Source: Leptospiria bacterium
GTDB lineage: Bacteria; Spirochaetota; Leptospiria; Turneriellales; CBDBES01
Reading direction: 5' to 3'
DNA: 64,000 nucleotides
Assembly: GCA_965261485.1 (NCBI GenBank)
Contig: CBDHCY010000005.1
Coordinates: forward strand, 1,228,901 to 1,292,900
Made by a program: the position numbers and the translations under genes. This document shows, one piece after another, positions 1 to 9,806 of this stretch; position 1 is the first letter of the stretch; every line of letters begins with the position of its first letter. The notes under the pieces were generated by a model. It saw nothing but the letters and a program-made list of their open reading frames with translations, did not search any database and was not told the DNA's origin.

Positions 1-93
1 AAATGGTCAGGCATTACGATATGTTGTGTTACTAATTCCATATCTTTTTTTAGGGAATGACGCTCTAACATAAGTTATAAACTCAAATTAAGA

Positions 94-1809
94 TTATTGC
101 AAGTAAATTTCAACTCTCCTATTTTTAGCTTTAGAAATACTATCTTTTTTTACTGATACCGGTCTAGAAAAACCATGCCATTCATTAACCAGTTGCTCTT
201 GAGGTATACCTATTTTAAAAAATTTTTCTTTGATAAAACGTGATCTCTGGCGGGATATTTTTTTTTGTTGTCTAAAGTTTCCTTCTCTTCCAGAGTGACC
301 GCTAATGGTTATTTTTCTACTTTTATCTTTTAGCCAGATAGAATATATTCTTTTTACCTCATCATCACTTTTATTAGTAACTGCAATGCTTACAGAAAAA
401 TAAATAATACCAACCTTTATTTTTTTTTGAAGTCTGTATTTCATATTTTTTATATCTTTTTTTACTAAAGGTGTTAAAATAGGTTCTTTTGATACAATTG
501 AATTTTTTTTAGTTTGCATTATTATTTTTTTATTTTTTACTTGATTTTCCATGGGCATGATAAAATTTTTCTTAGTTACCGTATCTTCGATCTTACTCAG
601 AAAAAATATTTTTTCTTTCTTTTGATTTTCATGAATCACATTTTTTAAATTAAGTTGATATTGTTTAGTTTGATAACCAGGGGCAGATATTTTCACATAA
701 TACAGATCATTACTTTGTAATTGGGTTAAAAAATTACCTCCCGGCAACTTAGTAGAAAAATTATTCTTAAATTTTCGATTAGATATTTTTATATTTGCTT
801 CTATACCTTTTCTAGTATTTTTAATATAAACATTTCCTAGAAAAATAACAGATAATTTTGACTGAAATTCAAATTTAAGTTTCTGTTGATAAATATCATA
901 TAAACCCTTTCCTTGAGCCCGATTCGATGAGAAATAGATATACTTTCCATCTCCAGATAGACTGATACCTTCTTCATCATATCGTGAATTATAATTATTC
1001 CCAAGATTTTTAGGTTTTGTCCATACCTCTCCCTCTGGTATTCTTTTTCTTTGAGAAAGATAAATATCAAAACCACCATGTCCTCCCATTCGGTTAGATG
1101 AAAAATAAAGAGATGCTTTATTTTGATGAATTGTAGGTGAAATTTCATCAAATTTTGTATTGATCATGCCCCCTGCATTTGTCGGTTTTTTCCATTTTTT
1201 ATTTTGTTTGTCATATTCTGACTTCCAAATATCTTCACCTCCATAACCGCCCGGTCGATTCGAAGAAAAAAGCAGTATCGACCCATCTGGCACAATATAG
1301 GGCATTCTGTCGTGAAAAATAGTGTTGATCTCTTTTAACGATGACGGTTCAGCCCAAATACCGTCTTTGAAAGAAGAAAAGAAAATATCAGTTTCTCCTA
1401 CACCATCTCGTTTATCGTTTAAAATACTTGTGAAATAAAGGTGCCAGTGTTTCTCCGTTTTCCATTGAAGTGAAAACATTCCTTCTAAAAACTTTGTATT
1501 TATAGGAGCACCTAAATTTTGAGGAGGTAAAAAATTTACTTCTTCAAGAAATGCTGTATCTCTACGAGATATCCAAATATCAGAGCTTCCAGAATGAAGG
1601 CTACCATCAGGGCGATCTGATTGAAAGAATAAAAAATTTCCATTAGGACTCACAAAAGGCATATACTCATTATAAGAAGTATTCAATGATAAATTTTTAG
1701 CCTTCAAATTATTTGAATTTATTTGAGCAATAAGCCTCTGAGTGTCCGTTTGTGGTGATACTATAGACATAATCAACATTAATATTATAAATTTTAAATT
1801 ATTATTCAT
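94..1809 (-). CDS. OmpA-family protein with TolB-like (PD40) beta-propeller repeats
   Basis: 571-aa ORF with a hydrophobic N-terminal signal (MNNNLKFIILMLIMSIVS). It has repeated PD40-type motifs (FVSPNGNFLFFQSDRPDG, IVPDGSILLFSSNRPGGYGGEDIW, YFSSNRMGGHGGFDIY, IYFSSNRAQGKGLYDIY). The C-terminus (ISGHSGREGN...ISRQRS...NRRVEIYLQ) matches the OmpA/MotB peptidoglycan-binding signature. Its start overlaps the stop of the upstream gene by 8 nt, suggesting an operon. Confidence 0.8.
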   Translation of the reverse strand: MNNNLKFIILMLIMSIVSPQTDTQRLIAQINSNNLKAKNLSLNTSYNEYMPFVSPNGNFLFFQSDRPDGSLHSGSSDIWISRRDTAFLEEVNFLPPQNLGAPINTKFLEGMFSLQWKTEKHWHLYFTSILNDKRDGVGETDIFFSSFKDGIWAEPSSLKEINTIFHDRMPYIVPDGSILLFSSNRPGGYGGEDIWKSEYDKQNKKWKKPTNAGGMINTKFDEISPTIHQNKASLYFSSNRMGGHGGFDIYLSQRKRIPEGEVWTKPKNLGNNYNSRYDEEGISLSGDGKYIYFSSNRAQGKGLYDIYQQKLKFEFQSKLSVIFLGNVYIKNTRKGIEANIKISNRKFKNNFSTKLPGGNFLTQLQSNDLYYVKISAPGYQTKQYQLNLKNVIHENQKKEKIFFLSKIEDTVTKKNFIMPMENQVKNKKIIMQTKKNSIVSKEPILTPLVKKDIKNMKYRLQKKIKVGIIYFSVSIAVTNKSDDEVKRIYSIWLKDKSRKITISGHSGREGNFRQQKKISRQRSRFIKEKFFKIGIPQEQLVNEWHGFSRPVSVKKDSISKAKNRRVEIYLQ

Positions 1810-4117
1810 TGAACCCTCTTACAACATGACCTTCATGAATATCTTTTAGAGAAGAAAGCCCCATTATTTTAAGAATATTCTGCAATTCATCAATATATTT
1901 TTTAAGTAAATCATAAACTCCAAATCTACCGTAAGCTACAGCTGAAATAACGATAGGTCTCCCAATAAGAACAGCTTTAGCACCAAGGGCGATCATTTTA
2001 AAAACATCACTCCCTGAACGAATTCCACCATCCACCAAGATATCGACATCAGGATAATTTTTTTTAATAAAATTAGTGATAGAAGGGAGTACTTGAACAC
2101 TGGCAGGTACACCATCTAATACTCGACCTCCATGGTTACTTACAATAATGCCAGAAACACCAGCTTCACAAGCAATTTGAGCATCAGCAACGCTCATGAT
2201 TCCTTTTAAAAAGAAAGGTAATCGTGAACATTTTTTTAGTCTTAGCAACTCTTGATAAGTTTTTCTTTTGGTCCTCTGAGCTTTTGCTTGCATTGTTTTG
2301 AACCAAACTCCGTCTACATCCATCCCCCATGCCTTAGCACCCACCAACTCAGCTTTATTAATACGTTTTTCTAGTTCTAATAAATTCTCTCTGGGTTTAA
2401 ATACAGGTAAACCAAGCATCAATTTATGAATTACCTTTAAACCAATCCAATATTTATCAGAACTGGCTCCATCTCCAAATGTTGGTATCAAACCTAACTC
2501 TTTAGCGGCAATGGCTGTCTCATAAGCATACTCCCATTCTGAGATACTTCCCCCCATATTTGTAATACTACCAGTTATAGGTGCCGTCAAGATTGGTGCC
2601 TTCGTTGAAATTCCTAAAACATCTGTTTTTATGGAAATTTCTTCAAATTCAGTTTTATTGTCTTCTTCAAGATAATTAGGTAAAATTTTAATTTGTTGAA
2701 GAGCTTTATTATTTTCATGAAAAGTTTGCATATGATTGATTCCACCCATGCCGGGCACAGATGAAGCACAATTCAGACCATCACATATTTTACAAACCCA
2801 ACAATATTTTGGATTAAATTTTTTGACGGCTTGCCTTCGCATGGCTCTTACTTCAAAAGATGGATAATTAATCAGAGGAGATATCGTGTTCTTAATCTCT
2901 TCCCAAAAATTTTCTGCAATTTCAATATATTTTGATGTAATGATTGCGTGCGCGTATTTACCAACATTATTTTTGATAGGCCAAATGATATCTTCTTCCT
3001 TGTAGTTTACAAAAAGATCACATAAATGAGCGTCTTTATTTACGAATTTTTTTTTTTGTGGAACATCTTTAGTTTTCAATTTTCCCGGTTTAGTAAAAAT
3101 AGAGCGTTCAATACAAACGGATGTATGATGAATATCTCTCACCACACTAAAAAATGCAGTATTATTTTTTGTAATAAGGTCGAGATATAATTTCATGAGA
3201 TTAACTCCAGTTGAATAGGGAAACGTATGCGTACTCATAAAACCTCCTGATAAACGGGAAGCTACTTCACCTACAATAATTTCATTTTTATCTGTATATT
3301 TTAAATCACCCTTAAGAGCCCCATGATAAGGAGACACTTTAGAAGATAAAGCATCTGCAATACGTTGCATGGTGATTTTGATTTTTTGCACAACATCTTG
3401 ACTTTGTGCAGTAGGCATACTATGTCCAGTTTCAATAAAATACATATCATCCACTCTCTGAATTATTCGATCAGCAACTCCTGTGAGAAAACATTCTCCT
3501 TCATATACCAAAGCATCTACCGAAATTTCATCTCCTTCAATATAATCTTCAACAATTACTTCTTTTGAAACTGATTCCCGTTGAGCTAGCTCAAAAGCAA
3601 AACTAGTATCCATAGGATCTTTAAAATAAATTACACCACGAGCACCCATATTATCTACAGGTTTAATGACAAATTGATGTTGGTCTTGTTGAGTATTAAT
3701 CCAATTATCGATATCACTTTTATGAGAGCTGTATTTAAATTTTGGTTGAACACAAGCCGATGTTTTTAAAAACTCCCGCATCTTACCTTTATGTGAGGTT
3801 ACTTCACTCTGTTGTACACTCAAACCGCTAAGATTAAAATGAGCATTAATTTTAGCCATACTTGAGGTCATATCTGTGCCAACAGTAACACAGTGAGTTA
3901 ATTCTTTTTTAAATGGGAGGGCTTCTACTTTTTGAATAATTTCTTGTGGATTTTTTATTGAAACTTCAAGAAAATAGTCCGCTTCTTTGACTCCTGGGGC
4001 ATTTGGATTCATGTCAACGGCAATTGATCGACCACCATATTTTCTAATCTCTTTAATTAAAGGATGTTGCCCTACTCCAGCACCCAAAACGAGTACGTAG
4101 CCAAGGGGATTAATCAT
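1802..4117 (-). CDS. Fusion protein: N-terminal ATP-grasp ligase domain plus C-terminal FMN-dependent alpha-hydroxy-acid dehydrogenase/oxidase TIM barrel
   Basis: 771-aa ORF. The N-terminal half has ATP-grasp motifs (VLVLGAGVGQHPLI, FVIKPVDNMGARGVIYF, VIVEDYIEGDEISVDAL). The C-terminal half has the FMN-dehydrogenase signature (IIVSNHGGRVLDG...VDGGIRSGSDVFKMIALGAKAVLIGRP). A Cys-rich linker (CWVCKICDGLNC) joins them. Confidence 0.75.
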   Translation of the reverse strand: MINPLGYVLVLGAGVGQHPLIKEIRKYGGRSIAVDMNPNAPGVKEADYFLEVSIKNPQEIIQKVEALPFKKELTHCVTVGTDMTSSMAKINAHFNLSGLSVQQSEVTSHKGKMREFLKTSACVQPKFKYSSHKSDIDNWINTQQDQHQFVIKPVDNMGARGVIYFKDPMDTSFAFELAQRESVSKEVIVEDYIEGDEISVDALVYEGECFLTGVADRIIQRVDDMYFIETGHSMPTAQSQDVVQKIKITMQRIADALSSKVSPYHGALKGDLKYTDKNEIIVGEVASRLSGGFMSTHTFPYSTGVNLMKLYLDLITKNNTAFFSVVRDIHHTSVCIERSIFTKPGKLKTKDVPQKKKFVNKDAHLCDLFVNYKEEDIIWPIKNNVGKYAHAIITSKYIEIAENFWEEIKNTISPLINYPSFEVRAMRRQAVKKFNPKYCWVCKICDGLNCASSVPGMGGINHMQTFHENNKALQQIKILPNYLEEDNKTEFEEISIKTDVLGISTKAPILTAPITGSITNMGGSISEWEYAYETAIAAKELGLIPTFGDGASSDKYWIGLKVIHKLMLGLPVFKPRENLLELEKRINKAELVGAKAWGMDVDGVWFKTMQAKAQRTKRKTYQELLRLKKCSRLPFFLKGIMSVADAQIACEAGVSGIIVSNHGGRVLDGVPASVQVLPSITNFIKKNYPDVDILVDGGIRSGSDVFKMIALGAKAVLIGRPIVISAVAYGRFGVYDLLKKYIDELQNILKIMGLSSLKDIHEGHVVRGFNE

Positions 4118-4907
4118 TTTTTTTTGAAAACGAATGCAGAAAGATTCCTGCAGCGACCCCCACGTTTAAACTGTCAATTTTAGCACTATGGGGAATACGA
4201 ACTAAAAAATCTAATTCATTCTTGAGAGCAGCCGAAATTCCATTTTCCTCATCTCCTAAAACTAGAAAAATTTTTTGATACTTTTTTTGAATTTGATCTA
4301 AGAATATGCTCTTCATTGGTTCACCAGTAAGGCTAGCACCAATAAAACAAGACTTTCTTTTATTTATTTCTTTCTCTTTTAATTTTTTGATAAAATTTTG
4401 GCATCCATTTGACCATAAAATGGGAAGATGAGAAAGAGCACCCGTAGAAACCTTCCAAACAACTTGCCCTAAGGGCGGTGTTTTTTTTTTATTCATTATA
4501 AGAGCCTGAGATCCAAAAGCAACCATCGAGCGGACAATCGAACCTAGATTTTGGGGGTCATTGAGACGCTCAATCAGAACGTAAAGCCCAGAAGGCTGAC
4601 TTACAATCTCTTGTGCACTAATTTCAGGATAAATAAAATTTTCACAACGAATTAATAAAACTCCCTGATGTTTTTTTCTAGAAGTTAATTCTTCAATTTT
4701 TTTGGAAGCTACTTGTTGAATTTTAGCTCCTGAACGCTTAGCTTTTTGAATTATTTTTTGTAAACGAATATGAGGTGACTTTTGAGAAATATAAATAACA
4801 TCCGTTTGATAAAAGCCAGTTGTTTTTGAAATTTCGTCGCATGGTCGAACTCCATAAATCATAGTTTTTTCTAATTTCTGATGGTCGTTCATAAGGCTCA
4901 CAAACAT
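4110..4907 (-). CDS. rlmB: SpoU/TrmH-family RNA 2'-O-methyltransferase (RlmB-like)
   Basis: 265-aa ORF with SpoU motifs (LNDPQNLGSIVRSMVAFG, LVLGDEENGIS, IPHSAKIDSLNVGVAAGIFLH). It lies directly downstream of cysS, a common cysS-rlmB arrangement. Confidence 0.7.
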   Translation of the reverse strand: MFVSLMNDHQKLEKTMIYGVRPCDEISKTTGFYQTDVIYISQKSPHIRLQKIIQKAKRSGAKIQQVASKKIEELTSRKKHQGVLLIRCENFIYPEISAQEIVSQPSGLYVLIERLNDPQNLGSIVRSMVAFGSQALIMNKKKTPPLGQVVWKVSTGALSHLPILWSNGCQNFIKKLKEKEINKRKSCFIGASLTGEPMKSIFLDQIQKKYQKIFLVLGDEENGISAALKNELDFLVRIPHSAKIDSLNVGVAAGIFLHSFSKKND

Positions 4908-4920
4908 GTATTACTAATCA

Positions 4921-6420
4921 TTATATTTTGATTTTTCTAATTTGGCTTCCCCCTTTTTCTTTACTATCAAGAATTTCATAGCCAGCTTTTAAAATTTCTT
5001 CTCTTAGTTTATCTGCTTTTAAAAAATTTTTATCAGACCTCGCTTCATTCCTTTTATTTAATAACTCAAGAATTATCAGAGGAACATCTTTCACTTTTAT
5101 TAAGTCATTATGGCAAGATAAAATACTAAGTACCGAATCATAATATTGAAAAGATTTGTAAATACGTTGTTTGATTGCTTTCGGCATACCTTCACTCAAT
5201 TCATCCAACCAAATATTTACTTGTTTCAAAAAATCATGAAATATAGCTAAAGTTTTTGCTGTATTCAAATCATCTTTCAGATAATTTAAAAATTTTTTTT
5301 CATGCTCTTTACAGATAATATCTATCGAAGCAAAATTTGTGATTGAGTTATCTTTTTGAACTTTAGCCATCAAAAAACGATTATAGGTACCCCATATTCC
5401 TTTGATTGTTTGACTAATCGCATCTAAACCTGCAAGCGTGAAATTTATTTTTTGTCTGTAGGGCACCGAGATTAAAAAATATCGAATAGCCATTGCATGA
5501 TAACCTTTTTTGAGTAAATCTCTCAATGTATAAAAGTTATTTGATGATTTAGACATTTTTCTACCATCTACCTGTAAATGTTCACAGTGTAGCCAATACT
5601 TCGCTAATTTACCACCAAAGGCAGTTTCACTCTGGGCAATTTCATTTTCATGATGTGGGAAGATAAGATCAATACCACCAGTATGAATATCTAATTGTTT
5701 GTCAAAGAGACGATGAATCATAGCAGAGCATTCGAGATGCCACCCTGGGCGCCCCTTACCAAAAGGGCTCTCCCATGCAAGAGACTCTTCTGATCTTTCT
5801 TTTTTCCATAGAACAAAATCTCTGATATCTTCTTTTGAATACTCATCGGTGTTATATCTCAGCCCTGTTTTCATTTTAGAAAGATCAAGTTTAGACAATT
5901 TACCATAAGTATCTTTTTTTTTTATTGAAAAATATAGAGAGCCATCTTTTTCATAGGCTGCCTGTTTATTCAAGAGATATTGAATGAGTTGAAGCATTTC
6001 ATTGATGTGTTCCGTCGCTTTTGGATAATCAGAAGCCGGTCGAATATTCATTTGGCGAATATCTTCAAAAAACATTTGGATAAATGGTTGAGTGTACTCT
6101 GTTAGATCGTTTAAATTAGGTATAACTTTTTTTTTAAATACAGCATTGATTGTTTTATCATCAACATCGGTGATATTCATAGCACTTTTGACCTGATAAC
6201 CAGCAAGGCATAACGATTTTACCAAAATATCAGTGAAAAGATATGAACGAAAATTTCCAATATGAGCAACATCATAAACAGTTGGTCCGCAAGAATAAAT
6301 ATTAACCTTTTCTCGATTAAGCTCTTTAGGCATGAAATCTTCAAGTTTTTTACTTAGTGAATTAAAGAATCTAAAAGGTCTAACGCCACACTTTATTTTT
6401 TGATCTAATATCTTTTTCAT
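4921..6420 (-). CDS. cysS: Cysteine--tRNA ligase
   Basis: 499-aa ORF with the class I aaRS HIGH-type motif (VAHIGNFRSY) and KMSKS (RKMSKSSNNF). WHLECSAM and FPHHENEIAQSE are typical of CysRS. Confidence 0.95.
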   Translation of the reverse strand: MKKILDQKIKCGVRPFRFFNSLSKKLEDFMPKELNREKVNIYSCGPTVYDVAHIGNFRSYLFTDILVKSLCLAGYQVKSAMNITDVDDKTINAVFKKKVIPNLNDLTEYTQPFIQMFFEDIRQMNIRPASDYPKATEHINEMLQLIQYLLNKQAAYEKDGSLYFSIKKKDTYGKLSKLDLSKMKTGLRYNTDEYSKEDIRDFVLWKKERSEESLAWESPFGKGRPGWHLECSAMIHRLFDKQLDIHTGGIDLIFPHHENEIAQSETAFGGKLAKYWLHCEHLQVDGRKMSKSSNNFYTLRDLLKKGYHAMAIRYFLISVPYRQKINFTLAGLDAISQTIKGIWGTYNRFLMAKVQKDNSITNFASIDIICKEHEKKFLNYLKDDLNTAKTLAIFHDFLKQVNIWLDELSEGMPKAIKQRIYKSFQYYDSVLSILSCHNDLIKVKDVPLIILELLNKRNEARSDKNFLKADKLREEILKAGYEILDSKEKGGSQIRKIKI

Positions 6421-6608
6421 TTTAACGTTGTACCTCCAATAACTCTATCGCAGACTACTAGTCATGCTCTTTCTAAGAATTATTAATTTAGCAACTTAAG
6501 TTTAGTGTAAGTTTCGTCTCGAAGTGCAAGAAGTGAATTCGAACAATAAAATACAGTAACTTTTTAAAATAGAATTGACAAAACAGCTTTTATGTAAGAA
6601 AAAAAGAG

Positions 6609-6875
6609 ATGCCCACTGTAAAAAAAAGAGTAAAATCAGAGATTGATATTCAAAATCTTGATAGCACACAGATGCTATTTTATCTCATACAACGAATTGA
6701 TCAGAAAATAGATCGTCTTGACGATCGAATTGATAATGTCGAAAGCAAACTCAGCGACAGAATTGATAGTGTCGAAAATAAACTCAGCGATCGAATTGAT
6801 AATAATTTCAAATGGTTGGTCGGTATTATAATTACTGGTTTTCTCACGATGTTAGGCAGTTTCTTTTTGAAATAA
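6609..6875 (+). CDS. Bdr-like coiled-coil protein with C-terminal membrane anchor, copy 1 (2 x 11-aa repeats)
   Basis: 88 aa. Conserved N-terminus MPTVKKRVKSEIDIQNLDSTQMLFYLIQRIDQKIDR, repeats IDNVESKLSDR and IDSVENKLSDR, and hydrophobic tail NNFKWLVGIIITGFLTMLGSFFLK. Confidence 0.8.
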   Translation: MPTVKKRVKSEIDIQNLDSTQMLFYLIQRIDQKIDRLDDRIDNVESKLSDRIDSVENKLSDRIDNNFKWLVGIIITGFLTMLGSFFLK

Positions 6876-6900
6876 TTTTATCTTTTTTGATTTATAGTTA

Positions 6901-6934
6901 ACTTACTTATAAAAATATAATTATATAAGTAAGT
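6901..6934 (+). terminator. AT-rich inverted repeat in the spacer after each Bdr-like gene (possible terminator; first copy given)
   Basis: The arms acttacttata (6901-6911) and tataagtaagt (6924-6934) are exact reverse complements around a 12-nt loop. An equivalent hairpin (ttacttata ... tataagtaa) recurs in every spacer. There is no strong T-tract, so terminator function is uncertain. Confidence 0.35.
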
Positions 6935-7029
6935 AAGATTTAAATTATTGAAAGTGAATTCGAACAACAAAATATAGTAACTTGCTAAAATAGAATTGAC
7001 AAAACAGCTTTTATGTAAGAAAAAAAGAG

Positions 7030-7329
7030 ATGCCCACTGTAAAAAAAAGAGTAAAATCAGAGATTGATATTCAAAATCTTGATAGCACACAGATGCTATT
7101 TTATCTCATACAACGAATTGATCAGAAAATAGATCGTATTGATGACAAAATTGATAGTGTCGAAAATAAACTCAGCGACAGAATTGATAATGTCGAAAAT
7201 AAACTCAGCGACAGAATTGATAGTGTCGAAAATAAACTCAGCGATCGAATTGATAATAATTTCAAATGGTTGGTCGGTATTATAATTACTGGTTTTCTCA
7301 CGATGTTAGGCAGTTTCTTTTTGAAATAA
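7030..7329 (+). CDS. Bdr-like coiled-coil membrane-anchored protein, copy 2 (3 repeats)
   Basis: 99 aa with the same N- and C-termini as copy 1 and three ID[SN]VENKLSDR units. Confidence 0.8.
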   Translation: MPTVKKRVKSEIDIQNLDSTQMLFYLIQRIDQKIDRIDDKIDSVENKLSDRIDNVENKLSDRIDSVENKLSDRIDNNFKWLVGIIITGFLTMLGSFFLK

Positions 7330-7483
7330 TTTTATCTTTTTGGGTTTATAGTTAAATTACTTATAGAAATATAATGATATAAGTAAGTAAGATTTAAATT
7401 ATTGAAAGTGAATTCGAACAACAAAATATAGTAACTTGCTAAAATAGAATTGACAAAACAACTTTTATGTAAGAAAAAAAGAG

Positions 7484-7804
7484 ATGCCCACTGTAGAAAA
7501 AAGAGTAAAATCAGAGATTGATATTCAAAATCTTGATAGCACACAGATGCTATTTTATCTCATACAACGAATTGATCAGAAAATAGATCGTATTGATGAC
7601 AAAATTGATAGTGTCGAAAATAAACTCAGCGATCGAATTGATAGTGTCGAAAGCAAACTTAGCGATCGAATTGATAGTGTCGAAAATAAACTCAGCGACC
7701 GCATAGAGAAACTAGAGAAAAAGGTTGATAATAATTTCAAATGGTTGGTCGGTATTATAATTACTGGTTTTCTCACGATGTTAGGCAGTTTCTTTTTGAA
7801 ATAA
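7484..7804 (+). CDS. Bdr-like coiled-coil membrane-anchored protein, copy 3 (3 repeats plus EKLEKKV module)
   Basis: 106 aa with three 11-aa units followed by an extra 7-aa EKLEKKV segment before the NNFKW anchor. Confidence 0.8.
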   Translation: MPTVEKRVKSEIDIQNLDSTQMLFYLIQRIDQKIDRIDDKIDSVENKLSDRIDSVESKLSDRIDSVENKLSDRIEKLEKKVDNNFKWLVGIIITGFLTMLGSFFLK

Positions 7805-7958
7805 TTTTATCTTTTTGGGTTTATAGTTAAATTACTTATAGAAATATAATTATATAAGTAAGTAAGATTTAAATTATTGAAAGTAGATTTGAACAATAAA
7901 ATACAGTAACTTTTTAAAATAGAATTGACAAAACAGCTTTTATGTAAGAAAAGAAGAG

Positions 7959-8324
7959 ATGCCCACTGTAGAAAAAAGAGTAAAATCAGAGATTGATATT
8001 CAAAATCTTGATAGCACACAGATGCTATTTTATCTCATACAACGAATTGATCAGAAAATAGATCGTATTGATGACAAAATTGATAGTGTCGAAAATAAAC
8101 TCAGCGATCGAATTGATAGTGTCGAAAGCAAACTTAGCGATCGAATTGATAGTGTCGAAAATAAACTCAGCGATCGAATTGATAGTGTCGAAAATAAACT
8201 CAGCGATCGAATTGATAGTGTCGAAAATAAACTCAGCGATCGAATTGATAATAATTTCAAATGGTTGGTCGGTATTATAATTACTGGTTTTCTCACGATG
8301 TTAGGCAGTTTTTTCTTGAAATAA
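7959..8324 (+). CDS. Bdr-like coiled-coil membrane-anchored protein, copy 4 (5 repeats)
   Basis: 121 aa with five IDSVE[NS]KLSDR units and the same termini. Confidence 0.8.
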   Translation: MPTVEKRVKSEIDIQNLDSTQMLFYLIQRIDQKIDRIDDKIDSVENKLSDRIDSVESKLSDRIDSVENKLSDRIDSVENKLSDRIDSVENKLSDRIDNNFKWLVGIIITGFLTMLGSFFLK

Positions 8325-8478
8325 TTTCATCTTTTTGGGTTTATAGTTAAATTACTTATAGAAATATAATTATATAAGTAAGTAAGATTTAAATTATTGA
8401 AAGTAAATTTGAATAACAAAATATAGTAACTTTCTAAAATAGAATTGACAAAACAGCTTTTATGTAAGAAAAGAAGAG

Positions 8479-8877
8479 ATGCCCACTGTAGAAAAAAGAG
8501 TAAAATCAGAGATTGATATTCAAAATCTTGATAGCACACAGATGCTATTTTATCTCATACAACGAATTGATCAAAAAATAGATCGTATTGATGACAAAAT
8601 TGATAGTGTCGAAAATAAACTCAGCGACAGAATTGATAATGTCGAAAATAAACTCAGCGATCGAATTGATAGTGTCGAAAGCAAACTTAGCGATCGAATT
8701 GATAGTGTCGAAAATAAACTCAGCGATCGAATTGATAGTGTCGAAAATAAACTCAGCGATCAAATTGATAGTGTCGAAAATAAACTCAGCGATCGAATTG
8801 ATAATAATTTCAAATGGTTGGTCGGTATTATAATTACTGGTTTTCTCACGATGTTAGGCAGTTTTTTCTTGAAATAA
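8479..8877 (+). CDS. Bdr-like coiled-coil membrane-anchored protein, copy 5 (6 repeats)
   Basis: 132 aa with six 11-aa units (one ends in Q: KLSDQ) and the same termini. Confidence 0.8.
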   Translation: MPTVEKRVKSEIDIQNLDSTQMLFYLIQRIDQKIDRIDDKIDSVENKLSDRIDNVENKLSDRIDSVESKLSDRIDSVENKLSDRIDSVENKLSDQIDSVENKLSDRIDNNFKWLVGIIITGFLTMLGSFFLK

Positions 8878-9031
8878 TTTCATCTTTTTTGATTTATAGT
8901 TAAATTACTTATAGAAATATAATTATATAAGTAAGTAAGATTTAAATTATTGAAAGTAAATTTGAATAACAAAATATAGTAACTTTCTAAAATAGAATTG
9001 ACAAAACAGCTTTTATGTAAGAAAAGAAGAG

Positions 9032-9319
9032 ATGCCCACTGTAGAAAAAAGAGTAAAATCAGAGATTGATATTCAAAATCTTGATAGCACACAGATGCTA
9101 TTTTATCTCATACAACGAATTGATCAAAAAATAGATCGTATTGATGACAAAATTGATAGTGTCGAAAATAAACTCAGCGACAGAATTGATAATGTCGAAA
9201 ATAAACTCAGCGACAGAACAGAAAAACTAGAGAAAAAGGTTGATAATAATTTCAAATGGTTGGTCGGTATTATAATTACTGGTTTTCTCACGATGTTAGG
9301 CAGTTTTTTCTTGAAATAA
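9032..9319 (+). CDS. Bdr-like coiled-coil membrane-anchored protein, copy 6 (2 repeats plus EKLEKKV module)
   Basis: 95 aa with two 11-aa units, then TEKLEKKV, and the same termini. Confidence 0.8.
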   Translation: MPTVEKRVKSEIDIQNLDSTQMLFYLIQRIDQKIDRIDDKIDSVENKLSDRIDNVENKLSDRTEKLEKKVDNNFKWLVGIIITGFLTMLGSFFLK

Positions 9320-9473
9320 TTTTATCTTTTTGGGTTTATAGTTAAATTACTTATAGAAATATAATTATATAAGTAAGTAAGATTTAAATTATTGAAAGTA
9401 AATTTGAACAATAAAATACAGTAACTTTTTAAAATAGAATTGACAAAACAGCTTTTATGTAAGAAAAGAAGAG

Positions 9474-9806
9474 ATGCCCACTGTAGAAAAAAGAGTAAAA
9501 TCAGAGATTGATATTCAAAATCTTGATAGCACACAGATGCTATTTTATCTCATACAACGAATTGATCAGAAAATAGATCGTATTGATGACAAAATTGATA
9601 GTGTCGAAAATAAACTCAGCGACAGAATTGATAATGTCGAAAATAAACTCAGCGATCGAATTGATGATGTCGAAAATAAACTCAGCGATCGAATTGATAG
9701 TGTCGAAAATAAACTCAGCGATCGAATTGATAATAATTTCAAATGGTTGGTCGGTATTATAATTACTGGTTTTCTCACAATGTTAGGCAGTTTCTTTTTG
9801 AAATAA
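9474..9806 (+). CDS. Bdr-like coiled-coil membrane-anchored protein, copy 7 (4 repeats)
   Basis: 110 aa with four 11-aa units (IDSV, IDNV, IDDV, IDSV) and the same termini. Confidence 0.8.
   Translation: MPTVEKRVKSEIDIQNLDSTQMLFYLIQRIDQKIDRIDDKIDSVENKLSDRIDNVENKLSDRIDDVENKLSDRIDSVENKLSDRIDNNFKWLVGIIITGFLTMLGSFFLK

Noticed and set aside
837-1151. Nested or antisense short ORFs inside housekeeping genes (837..1151, 3365..3568, 23976..24179, 24609..24938, 26071..26298, 27329..27541, 28908..29255, 43379..43585, 45429..45792, 47337..47540, 48967..49170, 49722..49925, 51094..51303, 54921..55112, 58060..58251, 58331..58949, 61624..61809 and 62112..62303)
   Set aside because: Each overlaps a longer ORF that has clear family motifs, and none has recognisable features of its own.
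6982-7024. Promoter in the Bdr-like spacers (TTGACA at 6996-7001 and an extended -10-like TGcTAAAAT at 6983-6991)
   Set aside because: The TTGACA has no acceptable -10 at 16-18 nt. The TGnTAAAAT element is altered in several units (for example tttttaaaat before copies 1, 4 and 7). A promoter must exist in each unit or upstream of the array, but I cannot place it from sequence alone.
6878-9534. Seven conserved 70-aa minus-strand ORFs in the spacers of the Bdr-like array (6878..7090, 7332..7544, 7807..8019, 8327..8539, 8880..9092, 9322..9534)
   Set aside because: They are antisense to the spacer plus the first 20 codons or so of each Bdr-like gene. Their conservation is simply that of the tandem repeat, so it is uninformative. 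The sequences are low-complexity and Phe/Leu/Tyr-rich, and no RBS is present. The same applies to the in-repeat ORFs 7576..7776, 8051..8296, 8068..8280, 8545..8763, 8588..8833 and 9566..9778.
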